Assembly: GCF_006345805.1 (NCBI RefSeq)
Contig: NC_043012.1
Span: 25,854,001-25,918,000, forward strand
Reading direction: 5' to 3'
Source: Octopus sinensis
Taxonomy: Eukaryota
DNA length: 64,000 bases
Below are positions 51,401 to 63,660 of the stretch, piece by piece. The position numbers were made by a program, and so were the translations under genes. Below the pieces are notes generated by a model that saw only the letters and a program-made list of their open reading frames with translations, was not told the DNA's origin and did no database searches. The stretch's first letter is position 1. The number at the start of each line of letters is the position of its first letter.

Positions 51401-52624
51401 TAATTTGTAAATCCTTTGTAGGAATTTGTAGGAAAAAGGGAGACAACATATTCCCGTAGGATCGTTAGAAGTTGAACACGACTTGAGAACACAAACGAAC
51501 TTCTGTTGTGTAATTTTGGCCCAAATTTTCCCGATTGTACATTTGCAGAAGATTTAGCGAGTTTTTATTTTGAGCTTTAACTCACATTTTTGGGGGTTGC
51601 GGGTGGGGATTTCTATCGAAATTTAAACATTACAGGAGCGAAAGAACAGGTTATTTATATTAACCAACTTACGGTATTTAACGACGGATTCTCATGCGTT
51701 CATCCCGAGATCTCGTTTGGAGTTTACTCAAACTTAATATTATAATTAATATTTAAAAATTACCACATATAATATTATATTGGTTTTTCAAAACACCAAT
51801 CAAGCAATTAAGATGACATAATACCTTTTTGATACAGGGTAACTGTGATAAATGAAGGACAAGACCAATATGTGAAGCGTTGTTCCTCTGTCAGAATTAA
51901 ATACCAATGGAGACAATTTGTACTCTATGAACTGTGATCATCTTTTTCTTTCTAAAAGTCAATCAAATTATTTCAGAGACGTGATTCTAAAGAAAAAAAT
52001 GTGTTACCATTATATTTTTTCAAATAGTCTATCTACTATCTTTTGACAGCATCAGCGGTTTTCTTTTCTTTTATTTGTTCTGTTTTGTTTTATTATTTCA
52101 TGGATTTCTTCTCATTTTGTACTATTATCTTTTATTTTATTTTCTCGCTACCTTTCAGTTATTTTAAATTAGTCTGACACTTCTATAATATCTTTTTATT
52201 CACTAATTTTCTCTTACATTTTTGAGTGTGTTATCTTATCACTTTTATCTACACGAAATCATTTGTAAGGGTGCCACTGGACCAATTTTCTGGTTTCCAC
52301 GTCTGCATTAATTTAATATTTTAAGCATTAGTTTAATTAGCCTCTTTTATTGTGAGTTAAGACATTTTCTCTAGTTCCAAAAATCATTTAACTGAATTCA
52401 TGAATACTGTTTAGCAACATTTCCAACTGAATAATATTTCTTGGAAGCATGGTAAAGCCTTTACAAATAGCGAGTATGATTTATAGTTCGTCCCTTGTAT
52501 CTATGAATTTATTCAACAGATTTCTTAATAGAGTGGAATCTAATTACAATAGTTGCAGTTGTCCCCTTGGAAAATATATCACCCTACAACTATAAGGCGA
52601 ATTTTAATTATTATTCCTTAATAA

Positions 52625-52700
52625 CAGCAACAACAAAATGATAATAATAATAATAATAATAATAATAATTATCATGATTATAAATAATAACAACAACAAC

Positions 52701-52739
<39 letters not shown>

Positions 52740-52773
52740 TATCATGATTATAAATAATAACAACAACAACAAC

Positions 52774-52806
<33 letters not shown>

Positions 52807-52810
52807 CATG
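52625..52810. repeat. (AAT)n/(AAC)n block with an internal tandem duplication
   Basis: AATAATTATCATGATTATAAATAATAACAACAAC occurs twice. Confidence 0.92.
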
Positions 52811-52828
52811 ATGAAAAGGACATCTAAT

Positions 52829-53250
52829 GTAACTGGCTGGAAGTGTTACCATTTTGTCTTGGTGCAAAAGATGGACTACAGCAAATATTATGCTAAATAC
52901 CACAGATTTGCTTGTCAGATGCTTGACTTTAACCAGTTGAAGATGTCCCTTGGTAGCTGACGATATGTGCGGGGGAAGTGTGGCAGTAGCGTAGCCATGT
53001 AATGAGAGGGATTATTTGGAGTTTCGATAATTAATACATGGAAACATGGCTATTTCGTTAGTCATTCTTAAACAACTCTTATTTATAGACCTTTTCAGCA
53101 GGATGGGCTACGCGATCTGAAGAAAATACTAAATAAACACGCGCTGTTTATCTTGATATGATATCATCAAATCGCATGGTTCTGACGCATGCGCTTGTTG
53201 TATACTTAACAGACGGGTAGTCATGGTGAGTGTTTTGGTCTTCGTATATT
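52829..53250 (+). mobile_element. Interspersed repeat family E, diverged
   Basis: Collinear with the reverse complement of 58880-59300 and with 56720-56945. Confidence 0.65.
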
Positions 53251-53277
53251 TGTACCCAAGCGTGTGTGATATTCCGT

Positions 53278-53326
53278 AATGATAATAATAATAATAATAC
53301 TAGTAACAATAACAAAAATGGTACTA

Positions 53327-53359
<33 letters not shown>

Positions 53360-53430
53360 TTATTACTACTACTACTAATAATAATAATAACACCATCAAC
53401 AACAACAAGAACAACAACAACAACAACAAC

Positions 53431-53491
<61 letters not shown>

Positions 53492-53520
53492 GTAGTAGTA
53501 GTAGTAGTAGTAGTAGTAGA
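53278..53520. repeat. (AAT)n/(TAC)n/(TAG)n block
   Basis: Direct reading. Confidence 0.95.
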
Positions 53521-54809
53521 ACGATATTTCGGCAGCAAGCCTGTCTTTGTTGTGTTCAAAGTAAAAAGCGATAAAAATTCAAAATTATGAAAATTCAAAA
53601 CTAAAATATGAACGAGAGCAACCAGCATCCACATTCATGGAATGGCATCATCGCTCTTTAAGTTTCAGTTTTACAACTGCCGAAAAGAAAAAAGTCAGAA
53701 AAAATGAGAGAAGAAAAGGAAAGAAAGAAGAAAAGGGAAAAGAAGAAAACGAAAAAGAAGAAAAATATTTAATCAACCAGTTTTGTGTAAATTTGATGAA
53801 ATTCTCCTGTCACGTTATTCATTCCTCCAGGACGTGATGTAACCCGAAAACCTGTTTCTCCTCATTTTGTTATGTCGACCAATTCTTTTCGGAGATGTTC
53901 ATATTTATGATAGTTTGAACTTGACTGTAGCATAGGTACTAATAACACAAATAACAATGCTGTACTCACCACAGACACACATAATTCTACAGTTCAACAA
54001 GTTCATATTACTAATCCCCAAGCTGGCGTATATGATTTTGGCCTTTTTGTCCTGGTGTATGAATCTGACCTGGTAATTGGAAATACTCCAGAGAAGTTTT
54101 TATTTGATCAATCAAGAATGCGAGCACATTTAAGATTTTGCCTTGAAAACAATAAAGTAAAGGTTTTTCAAATACCTACGGAAATCACAGAAGTCACTCA
54201 CTTTCTATCACCTACCCAGAAATGGATTACTCCTAAAAATAGGACTAATCATTATGACTTCTCACAAGAACATTCAGAACAAATTTTATTACACAATAGG
54301 TAGTCATGTTTTAAGTGAAAATTTCGAGTAAAGTCCAAAAGGTATCTACTCTAAAAACTACTCGCCCAAGAAAATCCATCATGCTAGAGAATGAGGCGGT
54401 CGTAAATTTATCTTAACTACAACTTTCAATCGACGATTTCTCAGTCTTGGAGGTTGGAATGAGTTTCTGCCCAAGCACTAAGAATTTCGACAAGAATAAC
54501 CTAGCTCAAGGGTTATTTCAGTTTGTCTGCCGTCACTAGCTGAAGGAATTTTTTTTTTGAAAAGACTAGTAACGAGGAGTCAGAAAACCCTATGCTTACT
54601 GAAAATAAAAATGATGATGATCGAATCTGGCATAAGTGGATTGAAAAGAATCTCAATTGGTATTCATATAAAGTTCACAAGTACTATTGGAATTTCTTGA
54701 ATCTTGTCAGACAGGCATTATGGAAAGCCTGAAAACAAGTCGAAAGAAGTCCTGGAATAGCCTCACAAATTCCCAGCGATACGCACTCCGACGTCTAGTT
54801 AACAACGAT

Positions 54810-55100
54810 GTCTAGTGAACCACTACGCCTTATGCCCGTAGGCATATGGCGTAGTGGTTAAGATCGCGGGCTACTAACCCCAACATTCTGAGTTCGATTC
54901 CAGACAGTGACCTGAATAATTATAATAATAATAAGAATAATGATAATAATAATAATAATAATATAGAAAAATACCATAGGAATGAGAAATCAGGTTCGAA
55001 ATTTCCCCAAGACCCCTGATGAAGGCTGGAGGGTATCAGCCGAAACGTTGTATTAACAACAAAAAACATGAGGACAAATATTCTGCTAATGTAAATAATA
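54810..55100 (+). mobile_element. tRNA-headed short element with an (AAT)n linker and a hammerhead-bearing tail, inserted in the PLE ORF
   Basis: A-box TGGCGTAGTGG, B-box GAGTTCGATTCC; TSD AACGAT (54804-54809 / 55101-55106). Removing it restores RLVNNDFIVIKMADK. Confidence 0.8.
55011..55054 (+). ncRNA. Minimal hammerhead-like motif in the SINE tail (stem I partly decayed)
   Basis: CTGATGA (55016), A, stem II GGCTG/CAGCC, GAAA, palindromic AACGTT, GUU triplet; stem I GACCC/GTATT has two mismatches. Confidence 0.6.
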
Positions 55101-56513
55101 AACGATTTTATTGTTATTAAAATGGCGGATAAGAGAGGTACGATCGCAATTATGTACAAAAGTGAGTATATTTCGGCTTGTGAAGGACTTTTAAGTGACA
55201 ACACTTCATAGCAAGAATTACCTGTTGATCCAAACCCAAGCTTGACAAAATAATTCTGGAAATGGAGGAAAACAATTTTATTGATACGGCCGAATCGAGG
55301 ATTTTACGGTCAGGAAGAAGAGCACCTTTATTTTATGGTCTACCAAAAATACACAAAACGTTCGAAAAATTTCTTCTAATGCACCCAATTTGCAGCGGAT
55401 ATGAATATTGTACAGCCAAGATTTTCAGAATGGTTGGGTGGCTTTCTACTCCCTGCCGCAGAAATATATATAGTTCCTATATTCGGGATTCTTTTGATTT
55501 TGTGTCAAAAATCAACTTTTTTAATACCGAAGCCATATCGAAAACTCTGTTTTAGTAACCATGGAAGTTTCTTCTTTATATTCTAATATCGACCACGTTG
55601 AAGGGGTAGAAGCGTGCAAGGGATAGAAGTGTGACTGCCTTCGAAAATCGGTCAAACAAAAGTATTCCATCAAATTTTCTCTGTAGATAATTAAGGTTTG
55701 TGTTACAAAGTAACAATGAACTTTAGACAAAGATTTTACCACCAGACTGGCGAATATGATTTTGGCCTTTTTGCCCTGGCGTATGAATCTGACCTGGTCA
55801 GATTCATACCACTAGACGAAGGGTTGCGCCATGGTTACCCCTATGGCAGTAAAATTTGCTAATGTCTACATGAAGAAATGCTGACATTCAAATCCTTACA
55901 TAGTCGTGAACCAATACTCTGGTTACGGTTCATTCATGACGTCTTTTATTCTCTGGGAAGGGTCACATGATAGTTTAATTGACTTTTTGCATTCCTGTGA
56001 ACATTATGCTAAAAAATGTTATTCCAAAAACTAAGTCTAACATAAAACTTACGTCTATTTTTCGAAAAACTAACGTTGAATTTTTGGACACAAAGGTTAA
56101 GTTTTCCGGAGGCAGAATAGCAACAGAGATATTTTGCAAGCCCACGTCATCCCACTTTTACCTCTCCTCTGATCATGCACATCATATAATTCGGTCAAAT
56201 CCGAAATCCCAATTCTAGAAGATAAAACGGATTTGTACTGACACAGGGGATTACCGTAATCCTGAAAATGCTTTTGTACACCGTTATATCAAACGCGGTT
56301 ACAGTGAATCACGATTAAAGAAAATTGCAAATGAAACAGCGAAAATTAACAAGGAAAGTCGAACTTTCACGCATAATTTTAGCAAACAAAGTACAATATG
56401 TGACAGAATTCCTAGAGTGATTAACTGGCACCAAAATTTCGCTGTTACATGAAAATTACCGGTAGCTGTCTTTCATATTTTAGATTTGAATTTTTATCAC
56501 TTTTTATTTTATT

Positions 56514-56556
56514 TTGAACTCGACAAATACAGGCTTGCTGTCGAAATATCGTTCAA
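56514..56556 (+). ncRNA. Minimal hammerhead-like motif with U3-A8 core at the 3' end of the PLE
   Basis: TTGAAC-TCGACAA-A-T-ACAG-GCTTG-CTGT-C-GAAA-TA-TC-GTTCAA: 6-bp stem I, 4-bp stem II, palindromic ATAT, AUC triplet. It lies ~70 bp after the ORF remnant, where a pLTR is expected. Confidence 0.5.
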
Positions 56557-56644
56557 CCTATAAAATATCTATTGCAATCGCGTCGCGCTCTTCGTATTGT
56601 CTCGTTCTTTGTGTGAAGTGTTACGTCAATCCTTTTAAAATATC

Positions 56645-56683
<39 letters not shown>

Positions 56684-56719
56684 TCAATAATAATAATAAG
56701 AAGAAGAATAAACAGCCAT

Positions 56720-56945
56720 TATTGAGGGACGTTTTGAGTGGGATGGGTTTACTCGACCTGAAGAAAATTCTTACAGGGCCCCAACTTTAATATGTGTATC
56801 TTGATATGAGATCCCTAAATCGGGCACATATGGTTGTGATGTAAGTGCCTGGTGTGCCCTTATCAGATGGGTAGTCATGATGTGTATACGGAGCTTCCTA
56901 TATTTTACCCCAGTGTCACTTTTATGGCAAGCACTGCTCTCTTAT
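56720..56945 (+). mobile_element. Interspersed repeat family E, partial
   Basis: TATCTTGATATGAGATC...CAGATGGGTAGTCATG matches 53140-53230. Confidence 0.6.
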
Positions 56946-56951
56946 ACAATG

Positions 56952-57014
<63 letters not shown>

Positions 57015-57254
57015 TTCATAACAATCCGTTCTACTAAAAGCACTGGGTCTGAAATTTTGTTAGGAAGGAGGCTAGTCGAAAACATTCGAATTTGGTGCTC
57101 AGTTTGTACTTATTTTAGCGTGATCGAGAGGATGGAAATCAAAACCGGCTTCGGCTGTATTTGAACTCAAAATGTGAAGACGTATGAAATGACCACAACC
57201 ATTTTATACGGTCTGCTAACGTTTCTACCAACTCGCTACCATCATGATAATAAT

Positions 57255-57920
57255 TATTTCAAATTTTCCCCACAAAGGCAGCTTTAGGGATGGGATTAAG
57301 TCGACTACATTGACCCCCAATACGTAACTGGTACCTATTTCATCATCCCCGAAAGGAGAAAAGACAAAGTCAACCTCGACGGAATTTGAACTCAGAACAT
57401 AGCAGCAGACAATATACTGCTAAGCATTTCGCCGGACGTGCTAACTATTCCACCAGCTTACCACCGTCACCTTGATGATAATATCAATATAAAATATATT
57501 TATTTCCTCTTTCTTTATTGCCCACAGGAGGCTAAACATAGAGGCGACAAACAAGGACAGACAAAGGGATTAAGTCGATTATATCGACTCCAGTGCGTAA
57601 CTGGTACTTATTTAATCGTCCTCGAAAAGATGAAAAGCAAATTCGACCTCCGCAGAATTTGGACTCAGAACGTAACGGGAGACGAAATACCTATTTCTTT
57701 ACTACCCACAAGGGGCTAAACACAGAGAGGACAAAGAAGGACAGACAAACGGATTAAGTCAATTACATCGACGCCAGTGAGTAACTGGTACTTATTTATC
57801 GACTTCGAAAGAATGAAAGCAAAGTCGACCTCGGCGGAATTTGAACTCAGAACGTAACGGCAGACGAAATACGGCTACGCATTTCGCCCAGCGTGCTAAC
57901 GTCTTTGCCAGCTCACCGTC
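57255..57920 (-). mobile_element. SINE family A: one monomer plus a tandem multimer
   Basis: Family A units with the GAAATACC|TATTTCTTTAC junction at ~57690. Confidence 0.9.
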
Positions 57921-58067
57921 TTATATCAATATAAAATATATTTATGTTCTACCAAACAGACAGGAAAAGCAACTTACCACTTTAATTAATGCTTTTAATT
58001 TTATAATTGTTATTGGTAGTAGTAGTAGCAGTAGTAGTATTAGTAGTAGTAGTAATAGTAGTAATAG

Positions 58068-58330
58068 TGTGGAGGCGCGTGGATGAAATGCTATGGTGTC
58101 AGCACCATGATCGTAAGATTGTGGTTTCGTTTCCTAGACCGGGTGACGCGTTGTGTTCTTGAGCAAAACACTTCATTTCACGTTGCTCCAGTCCACTCAG
58201 CTGACAAAAATGAGTGACGCTGCAATGGACTGGCGTCCCGTCCAGCTGGGGAACACATACGCCATTGAAACCGGGCATGCGGGCCCATGAGCCTGGCTAG
58301 GCTTTAAAAGCGCGCATCTATTTATTTATT
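58068..58330 (+). mobile_element. SINE family B, full-length (V-domain-like)
   Basis: tRNA-like head GTGGAGGCGCGTGG..., TGCAATGGACTGGCGTCCCGTCCAGCTGGGG, (TATT)n tail. Confidence 0.88.
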
Positions 58331-58381
58331 ATTATCAGTATTATTATTATTATTTATAGTAGTGGTAGTAGTAGTAGTAGC

Positions 58382-58429
<48 letters not shown>

Positions 58430-58879
58430 TGTATTAGTAGTAGTAGTAGTAGTAGTAGTAGTAACTGTTGCTGTAAAGGATGCAGCAGGCGTAAAATGTT
58501 TATTTGCCATTTTGACAAGCCCGGGTTGATGTGGTGTGTTACCATGGTCTGATTTATCTAAACTGAGCATTTCCAGCCACTGGGCTTGACTCTGGTATGA
58601 CATGAAATGCTCTTCGTCTTTTCTCGTCAAACTTTACTTCATTACTAATAGGTGGAAAATAAGTATATAACGATATAGTCTGCTTTTGACAGGCATGCTA
58701 CGTGCTTTGAGTTGTTGGTATCAGTTATTTTATGAGATTCACAAATCCCTATGGATTTAGGAATTTCGTAAAACATTATTCTTTTAATCCCAACCAGTTA
58801 TTTTTCACAAAGCTTTATGGGTACTAATGAGACTTTTGTTAAAGACTTTCCCAAAACCAAGTGCTTTACATTTGAAAGG

Positions 58880-59305
58880 CTCGGATAAAATATATGAAGC
58901 CCAGTATACGTATCATGACTACCAGTCTGATAAGGGTATACTAGGTACGTGCATCACAACCACATGTGCGCGACATGGTGATCTCATATCAACATAAACA
59001 GTGTATGACCTTGCAGGTGGGGTCCGAGGTGAATTATCCAAACCTAAAGAATCCCTCTCAACACATGGCTATGATGCTCTATCTCTACTTCTGCTCGTGA
59101 TAAGAGATTCACATATCATCAACCACTAAGGGACATGCTCAACTGGTTAAGGTCAAACAACTGACAAGTGAATCTATGGTACTGAGCAGAATATTTACTG
59201 TAAGCCCATCTTTTATACCAACACAAAACAATATACATGATAACATTTCCAATCAGTTAAGATCAGAAGCCATGAGAGCCACTGCCTGGTACTGGATATC
59301 ATTAT
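58880..59305 (-). mobile_element. Interspersed repeat family E, best-preserved copy
   Basis: Its reverse complement aligns with 52829-53250. Confidence 0.68.
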
Positions 59306-60574
59306 CATTATTATTATTAATATTACGTAATATATTATTATCTTTTTGGTGAAGTTTCTGTAAAAAAATAAGAAATAATATTGAAAAATGAAAGCAACTT
59401 CCGTTATTCTTGTTGCTGATATTTTTATTATGAACAGTTGTAACAGAAATAGTAGTAATAGCAGTAGTAGCAGCAGCGGCACCAGCAGCAGCACCAGTAG
59501 TAGTAGTAGTTGTAGTACTGTACCATCACCACCATCTACATTAACGGTTTTGTTATTGCTGTTGTTATAACAATGTCACCTGAGGTAGAATACATTTGTG
59601 GATATAAACCTATCGCTGTATTGACAACCTATTCATATTCTCTTGTATCGTTATTTCTTATTGTATCCGTGTATGTTATTCCTATCTATTTACTTATTTT
59701 ATTTATTCATCCATTTTCAGATTACGGCCACTTCCCAGAAACGCCGTCTCGTGTACTTCACACATGGAAAGTTTATCTGACAATTCTTCGATTATCTTCT
59801 TTGCATCTCGCATCGATGTTTCCAACACTCCTATAATTACCACAAACGTTCCTTTTGTCTATGTTTGCAATTATCTTAAAGCTATCACAAGCTCTTTTTT
59901 CTCTGCTTTATTATTTGACAAAATCCTTTATTGTAATATTATAGTCTGCTGGGCAGACTACATAAGTAAATCTCGAAGAATTGAATATATCATATATATG
60001 CATTGACTTATAATACATATATATTGATTGGCTTGTTCGTTAATATCTATTTTATATTTTTGCGTATGAATATTTTCTGAGAATTTCTTAGATGTTTTAT
60101 TCTCCACAGATTTGTACAGTCGGCATTTTCGTAATTGCTCATGTAACAGGCTATCTTTCGATTCCATAATCTGCACTAAGAGAAGTTATAATTTACTATT
60201 AAATGTGTAAAAATATAGGTTTCTAATTTAGGCACACTGTCAATATTTTTGAGTGTTGTTTGATTACATCGATGCCAATACTTATCATGTAGGTAAATCG
60301 ATCAAACCTGCCTTACCTCACAAAACAAAAAGAGAGTAATTCATAAAAATTAAGGATATGCCTATGCAAATTTTACACACTGTCTCCTTCATTAAGGAGA
60401 ATGTATTAGTTATGGATTCACATCACATTGTGTCATAATGCGTGTTTGGTTTTATAAAGAGCGATAGATGTTAGCAGATCGAGGAAATATAGCAAGAATT
60501 ATGGGAAGTAAATTTAGGAAATATGGTAGATTATAAGCGAGTAGTTATGCACTAAGAGTATTCGTCACCCTTTT

Positions 60575-60846
60575 CAAGCGTAGCTAGGCTCATGGGCCCG
60601 GTTTCCCGGTTTCTGTGGCGTATGTGTTCCCCCCAGCTGGACGGGAGGCCAGTCCATCGCAGCGTTACTCAAGAAACAGGAAGAGGGAGTGAGAGAAAGT
60701 TGTGGCGAAAGAGTACAACAGGGATCGCCACCATTCCCTGCCGGAGATTCGTGGAGCTCTTAGGTGTTTTTGCTCAATAAACACATACAACGCCCGGTCT
60801 GGGAATCGAAAACGCTGCCCTAACCACTGGGCCATTGCGCCTCCAC
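60575..60846 (-). mobile_element. SINE family B body plus spacer module plus tRNA head
   Basis: V-like body (CTGGACGGGAGGCCAGTCCATCGCAGC) joined to the spacer also found at 9230-9380. Confidence 0.85.
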
Positions 60847-61359
60847 TAAGAGTATATCTGAAGGTAAACTCGTGGTATCTATTAGCACATCACGAAATAA
60901 TGCTTTAAAGGATATAACCAGTATATCAGCAGGGTGTAAAATGTGCTTCCTTAAGTATCTCCTACTGAAGTTAAAATTAAGATTATCAATTATGACTCTG
61001 TGTTTGCGTTTGTGTTCATGTCTGTGTGTTTGTATGTGTGCGTGTATGTATGTATGTGTGTGTGTATGTGTGTGTGTGTACATGTGTGTGTGCATGTGTG
61101 TGTGTACCTCTGTCTCTTTGTGTTTTCACGTTTGAGTGTGTCTGTGTATGAGTTTCTGGGGCTAAATACATGCATCTGTTATGTATGGCTGTCTCCCGAT
61201 ATGTGTCCTTGTGTGATATGTGCGTTTGTATATGGTCTTTTGTTTCAGTCTTTATTTATATGTATGTATATGTGTGAGTGTGTTTGTGGCCGTCTGTCCA
61301 TATTACCAATATACCTATCTATCTGTATATCTACCTGTCCATACCTGTATCCATTTACC

Positions 61360-61402
<43 letters not shown>

Positions 61403-61599
61403 GTGTTTATATACACACACACGAACACGCGCAGACACACACATATAGTTTATATATACAGAGACAGTGTTGTTAGAAGGCCGTTATGTAGGTGTGTATG
61501 TATATAAGGTATACATGTATGGGCAAAATAGAAAATTAAAAAAAAATTAATAAAATGTGTGGGCGGAGTGATATATAGTTATTGCTGTATGGGTAAATA

Positions 61600-61631
<32 letters not shown>

Positions 61632-61671
61632 GCATGTACATATGCATGCACACACACACACACACACACAC

Positions 61672-61730
<59 letters not shown>

Positions 61731-61933
61731 AAGGCTTCGTTCAGTTTCTGCCTGTCTAGTTCATTCACAATGTTATAGTAAAATACACCACATCGCGCTC
61801 ATTGATTCACGCAGCGCAATGCTTCTTATAGCAGAAACGGTTGTAAGACAGTGAAAGTGAATAGATGAATCCTGTGGTTTTGTCATTCATAATTCATATT
61901 CTGTTTCTTATTTACAAGACGCTTAATCTGAAG

Positions 61934-62280
61934 CAGTGTTTCTCAACCGGGGTCCATATGTCCTTTGAGAGTCCATATACAATTTTGACTGGGCCACAGA
62001 ATAAAATAGTGTATTGGGCATCCACATCAGTATTTTAAGGATCCCTAAAAAATTTCGCCTTAGGTGTATGTATTGGTATGTATTGCAAGAAGCAGCCAAG
62101 TTTCTTTGTCTGAAGTTTTACGAAATTAAACTTACACAAGTTAATGTGTAAGAAACAAAATTGGTATTTTGAAAGAATTAACTATAAAACTAATTTTAAC
62201 TATCGAATAATTATGAGGGTCCACCAGAAGGAAATAATAATCAAAGGGTCGTTTGGTTAAAAAATGTTTGACAGTTCCTT
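61934..62280 (+). mobile_element. Probable hAT/Charlie-type MITE remnant
   Basis: Begins CAGTGTTTCTCAACCGGGG, a typical hAT-Charlie TIR. The right end is only a degenerate AAAAATGTTTGACAGTTCC. Confidence 0.5.
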
Positions 62281-63236
62281 CTCTGAAGTATAAGTATACT
62301 GATTTTTAACCACTGCCAATATTGCTTATGTCAAAGAGAAATCTTAAAATATATATGTTTCTAGATACACTTAGATTTATATGTGTAAGTGTACGATCTT
62401 GTGTGGGTATGTGTGCGTGTGTACCCTGAACAGACAAAATATTTATAAATTTTTCATAAGCATACCTTTGGTTATGATCAAAATATCACAAATTATTTTA
62501 AAGAAAATATGGAAATATTTCATGGGAGGCGAAGCTATTTCGCCGTTTCAAACTATTGCAGACATACTGTTACCAAATCTACATCCATCTTTTTTTAACC
62601 GTCAACATTTAACTGAGTAATATCAAACAGAAATCCTGACTTCGTTTTTAGCATTCTGCATTCTTGTGAAAGACACAAATTGACGTTTTCAAGAATATAC
62701 TTACATCAATGATTATTGGTAAAACTTTTTACAGAACCATATGCCACGCTAGAATTTTTTCTAGAAATTCAAATAAGAGCTAATGATTCCAATTCAAAGA
62801 TAAGCTGATCTAATACCTTTAGAAGGTCATTTTCTTTTTTGTAAATTTTACAAATGCATTCATGATATTCCTTTAGTTGTTTTCTCAACATTCTAACTTT
62901 TATTACGTAAACCTCCAACCAGTTGTGAGTGAATGAACCGCTACACCTCCCAGAGAAATTCCATTACAATTCTGGATTTCAGACCGGATCTGCGGTACAC
63001 ATTGCCAGTCGTTCATCATAGTGGAATCAAATACATGCCTAGCACCCAAACCAGTCTCAAATAAACAGATATCTTGTGTGTTAGGTACAAGCCTTTATTA
63101 CCTGACTCTAACTCCATGCGCGTGACTATCTACATTACTTCTCAACTGAGGCAAAACAGTTATTTTGTTAAAATTATATGCAAAAAAATTAACTTTCTAC
63201 AATACACAAATCGTTTAGGTATTTTAATACAATTCT

Positions 63237-63660
63237 TAATATTATTTATTTTATTCTTTTACTTGTTTCAGTCATTTGACTGAGGCCACGCTATAGCACC
63301 GCCTGAAAGGGTGTTAGTTAAAGAAATGGTCCCAAGGAATTATTCTTTGTAAGCCTGATACTTATTCTATCGGTCTTATTAGCCGAACCGCTATGTTACG
63401 GGGACATAAACACACCAGCATCGGTTGAGAAACGACAGCAGGGAGACAAACACAAACATACACACGCAAACATATACACACACACTTATATATATATGCA
63501 TATATACGACAGGCTTCTTTCAGTTTCGGTCAACCAAATCCACTCACAAGTCCTTGGTTGGTTCGAGGCTATAGTAGAAGACACTTGCCAAGGTGCCACG
63601 CAGTGGGACTGAACCTGGAACCATGTGGTTGGGAAGCAAGCTTCTTTAACACACAGCCAC
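63237..63660 (-). mobile_element. SINE family D, full-length
   Basis: Minus-strand head GTGGCTGTGTGTTAAAGAAGCTTGC...GGTTCAGTCCC, then GGCACCTTGGCAAGTGTCTT, which resembles the CORE-SINE motif. Confidence 0.88.

Larger units (their letters stand above)
54385..56450 (+). pseudogene. Decayed Penelope-like retroelement ORF (N-terminal region plus reverse transcriptase), interrupted by two insertions
   Basis: Manual translation across frameshifts: AVVNLS...SVLEVGMSFCP...LKEFF; SLTNSQRYALRRLVNND|FIVIKMADK; FYGLPKIHK; SYIRDSFDFV; LVTMEVSSLYSNIDH; GCAM.TPMAVKFANVYM; WLRFIHD (FIDD motif damaged); VEFLDT; FCKPT; KRGYS; PRVINWH. These are all typical PLE motifs. Confidence 0.9.

Noticed and set aside
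54838-54912. tRNA-like sequence (also the heads at 6204, 9700-9781, 37222, 58068, 63590-63660)
   Set aside because: A and B boxes are present but there is no complete cloverleaf, and each runs into a SINE body. These are SINE heads, not tRNA genes.
62925-63060. 43-codon ATG ORF in a slightly GC-richer unique stretch
   Set aside because: Too short, no family resemblance and no clear exon boundaries.
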